A DNA stretch of 64,000 bases from Myxococcota bacterium (GTDB lineage Bacteria; Myxococcota_A; UBA796; SXON01), in NCBI GenBank assembly GCA_040386535.1, contig JAZKFH010000003.1, positions 64,001-128,000 on the forward strand, given 5' to 3'. A program made the position numbers and the translations under genes. Of this stretch, positions 28,568-37,541 are shown piece by piece (position 1 is the first letter of the stretch; each line of letters starts with the position of its first letter). The notes under the pieces were generated by a model. It had not been told where the DNA came from and searched no databases. It saw only the letters and a list, made by a program, of their open reading frames with translations.

Positions 28568-30349
28568 ATGTCCAGTTCACGCTTGCTCCCCCTCGCCGTG
28601 CTCTCGAGCGCCGTCGCGCTCCTGCTCGTCGCGCCGTCCGGCGCACCTGAGTCCCAGTCCGGGGAGATGGTGCCCGCCGAACCCGGGTCCACGCCCGGGC
28701 CGATCGCGGTCGACTTCGTCGACGGGACCGACCTCGCGCTCGTACGGCAGGCCGCGGATCGTGCCGGCGTCACGCTCTCGTTCGCCACGCCGGTCTCCGA
28801 GGACGAGGCGCTGTTCGTCGCGGACGCGTCGAATCCCGCGTCCGCGCTCGCGGTGTTCCTGGCGGACCCGAACGTCGAGGCCGCCGAGCCGGTGCTGGAG
28901 ATGACGGCGTTCGAGGAGATCCCGGAGGTGCTCGACGCCCTCGGCGAGCAGGAGGCCCTCGCCCCCTCCACCATCGCCCCCGCGCCCCGCGTCTTCGGCT
29001 ACCCGAACGACCCAATGTACGAGCGCCAGTGGAACTTCCCGCTCATCGGCGCCCCCGTCGGTTGGCGCGTGGGCGGCGGCAAGGGCGTGATCGTCGCGGT
29101 CATCGACACGGGCGTCTCGCCGCTGCCCGACCTGCCGCAGGAGCGCATCCTCCCGGGCTTCTCGTTCGTGCCGGGCGCCGCGACCGCCAAGGACGACAAT
29201 GGCCACGGCACACACGTGGCCGGCACCATCGGGCAGGCCACCAACAACGGACTCGGCACCGCCGGCATCGCGCCCAACGTCAAGATCCTCCCGCTCAAGG
29301 TGCTCTCGGCGAGCGGCATGGGCATGTCCACCTGGATCGCGTCCGCCATCGACGAGGCGGTCGACCAGGGCGCCGACGTGATCAACCTCTCCCTCGGCGG
29401 CGGGCACTCCTCCATCATCGTCACGGCGGTGGAGAAGGCGCGCAAGGCCGGCGTCGTGGTCGTCGCCGCGGCCGGCAACACCGGGCGCCAGGGCATCGGC
29501 TCCCCTGCGGACGCGCCCGCGGCCATCGCCGTCACGGCGGTCGGCCCGAACGACACGCTGGCGCCGTACTCCTCGTGGGGCAAGGGCGTCGAGATCGCGG
29601 CCCCGGGCGGCGACAAGACCATCCCCGGCGGCGGGATCGTGCAAGCCACCATCCAGAAGGGCGGCGCGCAGCAGTTCGCGGAGTTCCAGGGCACGTCGAT
29701 GGCGACCCCGCACGTGGCCGGCGCGGCCGCGGTGCTCCTCGGCGCCGGCGCCCAGAGCGCGGACGAGGTCGAGCGCTACCTCAAGACCACGGCGGACGGC
29801 CGCGAGGACCCCCTCAAGTTCGGCGCCGGGCGCCTCGACCTCGGCAGCGCGGTCCGTGCGTTGCTCCTCGCCAAGCAGGGCATCCTGTTCGCGGTGGGCG
29901 CCCTGCTCACGCTCGGCCTCGGCCTGCTGGGCGGGCTCCCTGGGCGCGTGCGCATGGTGTCGCTCCTCTTCGGCGGCGCGACGGCGGGCGGCCTGTTCCT
30001 GCTCCCGCTGCTCCCCCTGCCGCCGAACACCTGGCTCGGCCTCCTCGGGCGGCCGTTCCTCACGTGGCCGGGCCCGTTCTGGTCGGGCTTCCCGCTGTGG
30101 CAGTCGTGCCTCCTCCCCCTCGGGTTCGCGGTCCTCCTCGGGCCGAGCAAGGCGCTCGGGCCCCTCGCGCTCGGCTTCTGCGGCGGCATCGGCGCCTACC
30201 TGCTCTTCGGCGCGGCCACCGGCGGCACCGACCTCTGGTGGATGCCCCTGGGCCTCGACCGCACGTGGCTCACCCTCAACGGCAGCGCCTGCCTCCTCGC
30301 GGGGATGGCGGTCGCCGGAATGCAGAAGATGCGGCGGAAGGAGGCCTGA
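28568..30349 (+). CDS. S8 subtilisin-like serine protease with C-terminal multi-TM domain
   Basis: VAVIDTG, HGTHVAGTI, AAAGN, GTSMATPHVAG; C-terminal hydrophobic helices. Confidence 0.93.
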   Translation: MSSSRLLPLAVLSSAVALLLVAPSGAPESQSGEMVPAEPGSTPGPIAVDFVDGTDLALVRQAADRAGVTLSFATPVSEDEALFVADASNPASALAVFLADPNVEAAEPVLEMTAFEEIPEVLDALGEQEALAPSTIAPAPRVFGYPNDPMYERQWNFPLIGAPVGWRVGGGKGVIVAVIDTGVSPLPDLPQERILPGFSFVPGAATAKDDNGHGTHVAGTIGQATNNGLGTAGIAPNVKILPLKVLSASGMGMSTWIASAIDEAVDQGADVINLSLGGGHSSIIVTAVEKARKAGVVVVAAAGNTGRQGIGSPADAPAAIAVTAVGPNDTLAPYSSWGKGVEIAAPGGDKTIPGGGIVQATIQKGGAQQFAEFQGTSMATPHVAGAAAVLLGAGAQSADEVERYLKTTADGREDPLKFGAGRLDLGSAVRALLLAKQGILFAVGALLTLGLGLLGGLPGRVRMVSLLFGGATAGGLFLLPLLPLPPNTWLGLLGRPFLTWPGPFWSGFPLWQSCLLPLGFAVLLGPSKALGPLALGFCGGIGAYLLFGAATGGTDLWWMPLGLDRTWLTLNGSACLLAGMAVAGMQKMRRKEA

Positions 30350-30564
30350 TGAACCGGACGAAGCTGGCGGGCAAGTTGGAGCGGCGCGATCTGGAAGGTG
30401 GCGTGTGGATCCTCCACACCCCCACGGGCGAGGTGACCCTCTACGGAGACGTGCCGCACACGCTCGCCGGGCACCACGTGGAGGTCGACGGCGAGCCGAA
30501 CGAGGGCTTCGGGTTCGCCATGACGGGGCCGGCGGTCACGGTGCGAGGGATCCGCAAGGCGTAG
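30349..30564 (+). CDS. Small OB-fold-like protein (DUF5818-like)
   Basis: MNRTKLAGKLERRDLEGGVWIL...GFGFAMTGP. TGATG coupling to the protease gene, with AAGGAGG RBS. Confidence 0.7.
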   Translation: MNRTKLAGKLERRDLEGGVWILHTPTGEVTLYGDVPHTLAGHHVEVDGEPNEGFGFAMTGPAVTVRGIRKA

Positions 30565-30601
30565 CTGCCAGCAAGGCCCTTCGGCCTTCCACTTTCCCTT
30601 T

Positions 30602-30688
30602 TTCCTGACTTCCTGCCTCGCTTCCTGCCTTCCTGCCTCGCTTCCTGCCTCGATTCCTGCCTTTCTGCCTCGATTCCTGCCTTCCTGA
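30602..30688. repeat. Pyrimidine-rich tandem repeat, nine 7-12 bp units with core TTCCTGCC
   Basis: TTCCTGAC, TTCCTGCCTCGC, TTCCTGCC, TTCCTGCCTCGC, TTCCTGCCTCGA, TTCCTGCC, TTTCTGCCTCGA, TTCCTGCC, TTCCTGA. Confidence 0.9.
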
Positions 30689-30706
30689 TTCTCCGACTCC
30701 GGAGAG

Positions 30707-32080
30707 TCAGGGGATCACAATCGTATACGCCTCATCGAAGAACACGCCCGGCCAAGGCCCGTTGTACCCCCCGGAATAGCAGACGCTGTCTCCGCAGGCC
30801 GAGTCACACAACGCCTCATTCAACGGTTGGGACTCGCCCGTGCCCCAATGCAGCACCAGGGCGTCCAGCCCCATGTCACAATAGTTCTGGTCCGTCGCGA
30901 CGATGCCGATCGTGTCGCCCTTCTGGGCCTCGATGGAGACCGGGGGCAGGGTGTCCTTGGTCCGGTTGGAGTCCGTGTAGACCGCCACGCCGTTGACCGT
31001 GAACGTCACGTCGTCATCGATGCCGAACCAATCGAACACCGACGCGCCGCCGCTGATGGTGTACACCACGGGCTCGTCGTGGGGCCACACGGTCACCACC
31101 GCGCTGTCCTCCCCCATGAGGCCCTCGGAGTCGTAACAACGCAGGGCGATCTCGACCTCGCCCACGGGGAGCAAGCCGGCGCCGGTGACCGCGCCGGTCG
31201 CGTCGATGTCACCCACCGCGACCCTCGTGCCGTCCGCGAACCAGCCACACAAGAGGTTGGTGGCCGGCTCGTCGCTGTCGAAGACGTACCCGGTGAAGTA
31301 CACCGTCGCGTCGTCCATGAAGTACTCGCCGTTGTCGGGATCGAGGATCTCGACCACGGGCGGCTCGTTCTCGGTGGGATTGTCGATCGTGTTGCCGAAC
31401 AGGCGCACGGCGGCGACCGGCTCTTCGGGGTCGTTCGACTCGATGTAGAGCTCGCCGACGTACGCGGACTCGTCGGGCGGGGTGAAGACGATCTCGATCG
31501 GGAAGGAGAAGCCGCGCGTGACGACGTAGGGCACCACCCAGTCGTCCGGGAGCACGAGGGTGTAGGCGAGCGCTTCCTCCCCCGGGAACGCGGCGGCGGT
31601 GATGCGCAGGTTGCCGGAGCCGGACGCGGTGACGCGGGTGGAGAGCGTGGCCGCGGTTCCCGGCGGGACGGTGCCGAAGTAGAGCAGCTCGGGATCGATG
31701 TCGATGCGGGGCAGCACGCCCATCGCCTCGAGCTCGACCGTGAGCACGGGCGCGACCTCGTCGTTGCTGGTGAGCACCACCGTGCCGAAGTCCTGCCCCT
31801 CGACGTCGGGGGTGTAACGGAGCTCGAGCACACCCTCCTCGTCGTGGCCCAGCGCCTCGGGAAAGGCGACCACCACGAAGTCGGGCGACGTGCCCGTGCC
31901 CAGCGCCACGGACTCGAACAACAGATCCCCGTAGCCGTCGTTCCGGACCCGCAGGCCCAACGTGCTCTGGTTGCCGAGCACGACCTCGCCGAAGTCGACC
32001 CGCGCGGGGGTGACCACCATCTCGGGCTTGCCCGCGTTGAGCGACGGGCCTTCCGTGCAGGCGAGGAGGAGGACGAGCAT
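30707..32080 (-). CDS. Lipoprotein with tandem Ig-like (choice-of-anchor D / ASH-type) domains
   Basis: MLVLLLAC; two P..VDFG/LYFG...N/G.L...SND Ig repeats; NEPPVVEILDP domain; Cys-containing C-terminal domain. Confidence 0.78.
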   Translation of the reverse strand: MLVLLLACTEGPSLNAGKPEMVVTPARVDFGEVVLGNQSTLGLRVRNDGYGDLLFESVALGTGTSPDFVVVAFPEALGHDEEGVLELRYTPDVEGQDFGTVVLTSNDEVAPVLTVELEAMGVLPRIDIDPELLYFGTVPPGTAATLSTRVTASGSGNLRITAAAFPGEEALAYTLVLPDDWVVPYVVTRGFSFPIEIVFTPPDESAYVGELYIESNDPEEPVAAVRLFGNTIDNPTENEPPVVEILDPDNGEYFMDDATVYFTGYVFDSDEPATNLLCGWFADGTRVAVGDIDATGAVTGAGLLPVGEVEIALRCYDSEGLMGEDSAVVTVWPHDEPVVYTISGGASVFDWFGIDDDVTFTVNGVAVYTDSNRTKDTLPPVSIEAQKGDTIGIVATDQNYCDMGLDALVLHWGTGESQPLNEALCDSACGDSVCYSGGYNGPWPGVFFDEAYTIVIP

Positions 32081-32173
32081 CGGACCCTTGCTGAACCTCC
32101 ACCTATAAAGGATCCCCGGCGCTTCGGCCACCGCGCCCGAAGCCGGATGGATGACGGCGGGATAGACGGCGGC

Positions 32174-33229
32174 GTGTCAACCGATCCTGTCGCCGCCTGG
32201 AAACACCACCTCTACGCCCGGGCCGCGCGCCGCCCGGACGAGCTCGCCCTCGCCGCGCACGCGTTGTACGGCGGCCCGCCGGACGCGTCGGGGCAGACCG
32301 ATTTCCTCGACTTCTTCGTGATCGAGTGGGTCGACGCCGAGGGGTGGACCGAGGTGGAGCACGCCGTTCGCGACGGGGAGCTCCCCGCCGACGCCCTCCG
32401 TTGGCCGCGCGAGGCCCGCACCGCCTTGTGGGTGGTGGACGGTTGGGAGGGCGACCAGGTGCTGCTCAGGGACGCGCGCACCGAGGCCGAGGTCGCTGTC
32501 ACCGCGCCCGGCGCCGAGGCGGACCTGGTGCGCCGCTCGGTGATCCGCGCGCGGGTGGTACCTGTCGGCGACACGTGGCGCTTCTCCGGCGAGCCCGACG
32601 TGTGGGATCCGATGAGCGTCATCGCCCGCATGGATCTGCTCCGGCAATGGATGGAGGGGCCCGAGCCCAAGCTGCTCGAGCACCTCGCGGACCTGCGCGC
32701 GGGGTTCCTCCGGCAGCGCGAGGAGCGGGACGCCTGGATCCTCCACTTCGGCGCGGACGAGCTGGTCTTCCCGAACGCGAAGGACATGGAGCTCCGCCTC
32801 GCCCCGTTCGTGAGCTACCTCAACAACGAGCACACCTTCCCCTCTCTCGGCGGGCTCACCCGCGCCGAGGCGTTCCGCACCAACAAGGGCGCCGATCCGA
32901 CGATCATGCAGCTCTCGCTCGGCCCCACGTTGACGGGCCCGGGGCGCCCCGGGGTCATCTACGACGCGGTCGAGGGCGTCCACTTCCTGCCCGCCTACGG
33001 CGAGCTGCTCGCGCACCTGCGCGGCGAGGAGGAGCACCCGGCCGTGGTGCGGATGTACCTGGACGATCCGGGCATCACCCGCCTGCCCTTCCGGCGCGCC
33101 GGGGTGACAGGGGCGCTCGCCGCGTTGTTGGGCCGCCCGTCGGACGAGCCGTTGGACCAGCTGCTTGCCCCGTACAAGCCAATCGGCGTGCGTACGGCAC
33201 CAAGTGTGTTGCCAGGACTGGAAGACTGA
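32174..33229 (+). CDS. Hypothetical cytoplasmic protein
   Basis: C-terminal part of ORF 30827..33229 with strong GC3 coding pattern. Start is GTG 32174 (alternative ATG 32147). Confidence 0.75.
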   Translation: MSTDPVAAWKHHLYARAARRPDELALAAHALYGGPPDASGQTDFLDFFVIEWVDAEGWTEVEHAVRDGELPADALRWPREARTALWVVDGWEGDQVLLRDARTEAEVAVTAPGAEADLVRRSVIRARVVPVGDTWRFSGEPDVWDPMSVIARMDLLRQWMEGPEPKLLEHLADLRAGFLRQREERDAWILHFGADELVFPNAKDMELRLAPFVSYLNNEHTFPSLGGLTRAEAFRTNKGADPTIMQLSLGPTLTGPGRPGVIYDAVEGVHFLPAYGELLAHLRGEEEHPAVVRMYLDDPGITRLPFRRAGVTGALAALLGRPSDEPLDQLLAPYKPIGVRTAPSVLPGLED

Positions 33230-33332
33230 CGGGCCCGTCGGATCCCGCCCATACGTTGCCCTGTCCATCTCGCGTTCTCGGCGGACGCGGCGCCGAAGCT
33301 GGGATAGGGCCGCGCGGCTGGGAGGGCTTCCG

Positions 33333-34376
33333 ATGGGGGTGGAGGACGAGCGTGTAGAGGTCAGCACCGCGGTGGCGGTGCGGGGCGACGTTGGGTTCTT
33401 CTTCGGGACCCTCAAGTGGATCGAGGCACGGCGGCTGCTGGTCGAGGTCGACGCTGAGCTCGACCCGGGCGACGAGATCGATGTCCGCATCACGCTCGCG
33501 CCAACCACCGGCACGTCGTTGTTGAACGCGATCGTGACACGACCGCTGGTCACGGCGAAAGATGAGATTGCCCGATATCTGTTGGAGATCGTCCGTATCG
33601 CCCCCGACCAACGCGCCTTGCTCGACGACTGGAAGCTCAACGTCAAGAACCGCGGCACGTTCTCCCGGTTCGACACCGTCGTGTCCTCCCAACGTTCGAA
33701 CCCGCCGGCCGCCGGCCAGTCGAACGCCGAGGTGCGCATGGCGCTCGAGCGGATGGCACGGCGCGGCACCCCTTCCGCCGGCCCGGCGACCGATCCGTTC
33801 GGCGTGCGCTCGGACCTCGTGACCGGGGCCACCCGTGGTGCCGGCCGCGGCGCCATGCGGGACGCGCTGCATGGGGCCATCGCCCGCGGGGCCGCGGGTC
33901 GGCCGGCGGCGGGGTCCCAACCCTCTCCCCACTCGGTCCCTCCCGTCTCTGTCCCTCCCCGCTCCGTGCCCCCGATCTCCTCGGACGGGCCGGGGCGCGT
34001 GGTGGCCTCCGGCGGCACCAACCCCGGCTTCTGGATCCCCTCCCCCCAGCCGGTGCGGGACCCCTCCATCGCGACCACCCAGACCCGCACCGCCCATTGG
34101 ATGCAGGTCACCTGGCAATCGCCCGCGGCGTTCGAGCGCGACGCCCGGCTGCAGCTGTGCAACTACATCCTGGTGCTCCAAGCCGGCGGCGCCGAGCCGC
34201 TCCCGAGCGAGGAGCCGCTCCGCGTCATGCTCCACCACGGTGAGCTGCAGCTCGAGTGCGCCGCCACGATCAAGGCGCACGGCCCTCAGTCGGCCACCTA
34301 CCGCCTGATGCTCGACCCGCTCCAGATCGAGCGCCTCCGCCAGTGGAGCCTGGACTACCTGCCGCGGTCGCGCTGA
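33333..34376 (+). CDS. Hypothetical protein with two possible degenerate PilZ-like domains
   Basis: N-terminal beta domain (LLVEVDAELDPGDEIDVRITL...AIVTR) and C-terminal VTWQSPAAFERD...LRVML...ATI domain, separated by a Pro/Ser linker. Confidence 0.55.
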   Translation: MGVEDERVEVSTAVAVRGDVGFFFGTLKWIEARRLLVEVDAELDPGDEIDVRITLAPTTGTSLLNAIVTRPLVTAKDEIARYLLEIVRIAPDQRALLDDWKLNVKNRGTFSRFDTVVSSQRSNPPAAGQSNAEVRMALERMARRGTPSAGPATDPFGVRSDLVTGATRGAGRGAMRDALHGAIARGAAGRPAAGSQPSPHSVPPVSVPPRSVPPISSDGPGRVVASGGTNPGFWIPSPQPVRDPSIATTQTRTAHWMQVTWQSPAAFERDARLQLCNYILVLQAGGAEPLPSEEPLRVMLHHGELQLECAATIKAHGPQSATYRLMLDPLQIERLRQWSLDYLPRSR

Positions 34377-34393
34377 TCTGTCCCAGGGCTGGC

Positions 34394-35755
34394 CTAGGGC
34401 GAGAAATACGTCCGGAGCAACCGCCGCAGATCGGGCTGGGGCCCGATGAGGTTCTCCCCTGTCTGCGGGGTGCCGGTCGCGACGAGCGCGGCGCGGAGCT
34501 CCTCGGGGGCCCACGGTTCGCCGGTGAGCTCGATGGCGACGGACTGCGCGATCGCGGCGATGGCGGCGATCATCGGCGACGCGCCCGAGGTGCCCCCGAA
34601 GCTGCGGGTGTAGGCCTGGCGCCCGTCCTCCTCCGGGTAGTACAGGTCGGCCACGGCCGTTCCGTACTCGCCCGACGTGGCGGTCACGATGCCGTCGTAC
34701 CAGCCCTGCACGTCGATCCGGGCGCCGTGGGACGAGCCGAGCGGGAACCAGCTCCGCGGCTCCCACACCCCGCCGCGGGGCGACGAGCCGCCGCCGACGA
34801 GGATGGAGCCGGAGTCGTGCTCGCGGTCGAACCAGCCGTCCCAATACTCGGCGTCGAGGTTCTGGCCCCCGTTGCCGCCGGGCTCGACCACCACGATGCC
34901 GGCGGCGACGGCGGCCTCGATGGCCGCGAACACGGCGGGATCCACGCTCACGGGGCAGTAGTCGCCGTTGGCGTAGGACTGCTGCTCGATGAGGATCACG
35001 TCGCCCGGGCGGAGGAGCGCGGTGGCCCCGGCCACGGCGGCGGCGATGTCATAGGCGCCGTCATCCGTGAACGGCGAGACGACGAGCGGGGTGGCGCCGG
35101 GCACCGCGCCGTCGATCCCGTACCCGTTCACCCCGCCCACGAGCTGCCCGAGCACGGAATTGCCGTGGTAGACGTACAGGTTCCGGTTCTCGCCCCAGGC
35201 GGCGGCGCCGATGGCCGATTCGAGGTCCTCGTGCGCCTCGTCCCAGCCGTACTCGATGTCGACGATGGTGACGTTGTCACCCCGGCCGCCCGGCCACCGC
35301 GCGGCCTCCGGAAAGCCGAGCCCCGGGAAGGCGTCGAGCCAGTCCTGCTCCACGCGCAGGTCGGGCGTGAACGGATCGATGTCGACGGGCGGCGGCATCG
35401 CGGCGTAGCCGAGCCAGGCGTGGGCGACGCGCGGATCGGCGAGCAGCTCGGTGCCGAGGAGCTCGGCGTCCTCCGTGTCGACGCGGAGGAACCGCGGCAG
35501 CGTGGCGGCGACGGGCCGCACCTTCGCGGGGCCGATCAGTGTGTCGAGATCGCGCCAGTCGACATCGTGGGCCCAGCGGGCGCGCTCGCGGGGGGCGGGC
35601 GCGTGGAGCTCGACGTAGAGCACGTCCGTGCGGCGCCCCTCCTCCCAATAGACGGCGGTGGGGCGTGCGGCGGTGGGGCGGACCGCGGTCGGAGGAGCAG
35701 CCGTGGCGGTGCCGACGAGGCTCCCCAGCAGCAGGAGCGTCAACGCGCCCACCAC
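34394..35755 (-). CDS. Secreted S8 family serine peptidase
   Basis: IVDIEYGW, HGNSVLG, EPGGNG, FGGTSGASP; hydrophobic N-terminus. Start is GTG 35755 or TTG 35743, the latter overlapping the NUDIX stop. Confidence 0.88.
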   Translation of the reverse strand: MVGALTLLLLGSLVGTATAAPPTAVRPTAARPTAVYWEEGRRTDVLYVELHAPAPRERARWAHDVDWRDLDTLIGPAKVRPVAATLPRFLRVDTEDAELLGTELLADPRVAHAWLGYAAMPPPVDIDPFTPDLRVEQDWLDAFPGLGFPEAARWPGGRGDNVTIVDIEYGWDEAHEDLESAIGAAAWGENRNLYVYHGNSVLGQLVGGVNGYGIDGAVPGATPLVVSPFTDDGAYDIAAAVAGATALLRPGDVILIEQQSYANGDYCPVSVDPAVFAAIEAAVAAGIVVVEPGGNGGQNLDAEYWDGWFDREHDSGSILVGGGSSPRGGVWEPRSWFPLGSSHGARIDVQGWYDGIVTATSGEYGTAVADLYYPEEDGRQAYTRSFGGTSGASPMIAAIAAIAQSVAIELTGEPWAPEELRAALVATGTPQTGENLIGPQPDLRRLLRTYFSP

Positions 35756-36426
35756 CGGCCCACGGCGAACGGGAACCGCGTCGGCGGGTCCACCGGCTCG
35801 TCGGAGGGGTAGTCGGGGTCGCCGGGGAGCAGCACCCACACGTTGCCCTCCTCCACCTCGGTGAACCGCGGGCAGATCGGCGGGAGCGCGCGCCGGGCCG
35901 CGAGGGCGGCGGCCACGTCGGCGTACGGGAGGAGCTCGACGAGGGTGCGCAACGTGGGGGGCGCGAGCGGCAGGGTGCCGGCCTCGGCGCGGGCGAGCGC
36001 GTCGGCGGGGCGGAGCCAGGCGCCGGCCACGGCCTCCTGCCCGTCGATGCGCGCCTCGGCGCCCTCGGGCAGGGCGGCGACGAAGAACCACGTGTCGTAC
36101 CGGCGCGGCTCGATCTCGGGGGTGATCCAGTGGGACCACGGCACGAGCACGTCGAGCGTGTAGCCGTCGGCGTCCCCGAGGCGCACGCCGGCCTCCTCCT
36201 CCAGCTCGCGGGCGGCGGCGGCGCGGAAGTGGGCGGCGATGCCGTCCTCCCGGGTGAGGCGGGTGGCGAGCGCAGCGTCGCCCGGGTCGACCCGGCCGCC
36301 GGGAAAGACCCACGCGGCGCCCATGAAGCCCACGGCCCGGTTGCGCTCCATCATCCAGACCTCGGGCCCCGTGGGGGTGTCGCGAAGCAGGATGACCGTG
36401 GCGGCGGGGCGGAGGTCGGCGGGCAT
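35740..36426 (-). CDS. NUDIX hydrolase (NUDT19-like)
   Basis: RPAATVILLRD, FPGGRVD, AAARELEEEAG, HWITP...RRYDTWFF, LAPPT. ATG at 36426. Confidence 0.9.
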   Translation of the reverse strand: MPADLRPAATVILLRDTPTGPEVWMMERNRAVGFMGAAWVFPGGRVDPGDAALATRLTREDGIAAHFRAAAARELEEEAGVRLGDADGYTLDVLVPWSHWITPEIEPRRYDTWFFVAALPEGAEARIDGQEAVAGAWLRPADALARAEAGTLPLAPPTLRTLVELLPYADVAAALAARRALPPICPRFTEVEEGNVWVLLPGDPDYPSDEPVDPPTRFPFAVGRWWAR

Positions 36427-36525
36427 CCGAGCGTTTAGCGCGTTGGCGCCCCACCGGGGAGGGCCCCGTTGACCCGGGCCGGGGCCGTGACCAAGCTCTG
36501 GCCGAACTCCAGAGGTTCGAGGCAG

Positions 36526-37428
36526 ATGATCTCCGTGTGGCTCGCGGGCGCCGCGGTGTGGACAGCCGGCGCGTGGGCCGCCGCGGCCGCGGATGGCACC
36601 CCCGCGCCCGACGGACGCGCGCTCCACACCGTCATCGACCCCGCCCTCGAAGGCAACGGCCCGGGCGGCGGGCTCTTCGCCAACGGGCGCCGCCTCGGCG
36701 CCGTCACGTCCTCGCTCGACGCCACGGCGGTCGTCGCGTGGACCGTCCGGCCGCTCCGGCTCGCCGTCGTGATGCCCACGGAGGTCGGCGCCGACCGCAT
36801 CGTAGGGCTGCCTCCCCGCCTCGACCTGCGGTTCGTGATGGCCGATCGCCGCCGCGGCGGGCTCGGCGTCGGCGCGGCGATCGACAGCCCCTTCCCCTTC
36901 GTCCGGGGCGGCGATCCGGACGCGCACGGGCGCATCACGCTGGGGGTCGGGAAGAAGGACACCGTCTTTGCCGTGAACCTCGGCGCCGCCATCGGGCGCC
37001 CGCTCGAGGCGTTCACCTGGTCGTTCGGGGGCGCCCTCCCCCTCACGGGGCCCCTCGGCGCCTTCGCGGAGCTCGAGGGGGTGGCGCCGATCACCCTCCG
37101 ACTCCCCGATCCCTCGATGGGCGCGCCGGCCTGGATGGGCGCGCGGGCCGGCCTCCACCTCGCCCCGATCCGGCCGCTCGTCCTGACGGTCGCCGTCGCC
37201 GGGAGCCGCGCGTCCGCTTTCCCGACCCTTTCAGTCGGCGCCGTGTGGATCCCCGCGCCGCGGCCGCGCCGCCCCCGCACGGACGGCCCCGACCGCGACC
37301 GCGACCGCGTGGCCGACAATGTCGATGCTTGCCCGGAACAACGGGAGGACTTCGACGGTGGCAACGACGCTGACGGATGTCCGGACGGCGGGGCACGAAC
37401 GCCGCCCACACCCGACGCTTCTTGGTAG
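36526..37428 (+). CDS. Putative outer-membrane beta-barrel protein with a single C-terminal TSP3-like repeat
   Basis: Signal-like N-terminus, amphipathic beta strands, DRDRDRVADNVDACPEQREDFDG..DGCPD. Parallels the barrel part of the next gene. Confidence 0.6.
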   Translation: MISVWLAGAAVWTAGAWAAAAADGTPAPDGRALHTVIDPALEGNGPGGGLFANGRRLGAVTSSLDATAVVAWTVRPLRLAVVMPTEVGADRIVGLPPRLDLRFVMADRRRGGLGVGAAIDSPFPFVRGGDPDAHGRITLGVGKKDTVFAVNLGAAIGRPLEAFTWSFGGALPLTGPLGAFAELEGVAPITLRLPDPSMGAPAWMGARAGLHLAPIRPLVLTVAVAGSRASAFPTLSVGAVWIPAPRPRRPRTDGPDRDRDRVADNVDACPEQREDFDGGNDADGCPDGGARTPPTPDASW

Positions 37429-37541
37429 GCGCAGGCCCAGATGACGCCGGCCCCGACCGGGTACGCTCCCCGAGAAGCGAGTGGACATGCGGGAGCCTGC
37501 CCGGTAGGCTTGCGCCGTCAACACCATCGTTCGGAGAATGG

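Noticed and set aside
30602..30688. CRISPR or iteron origin
   Set aside because: Units are 7-12 bp and contiguous without spacers; no rep or cas gene nearby.
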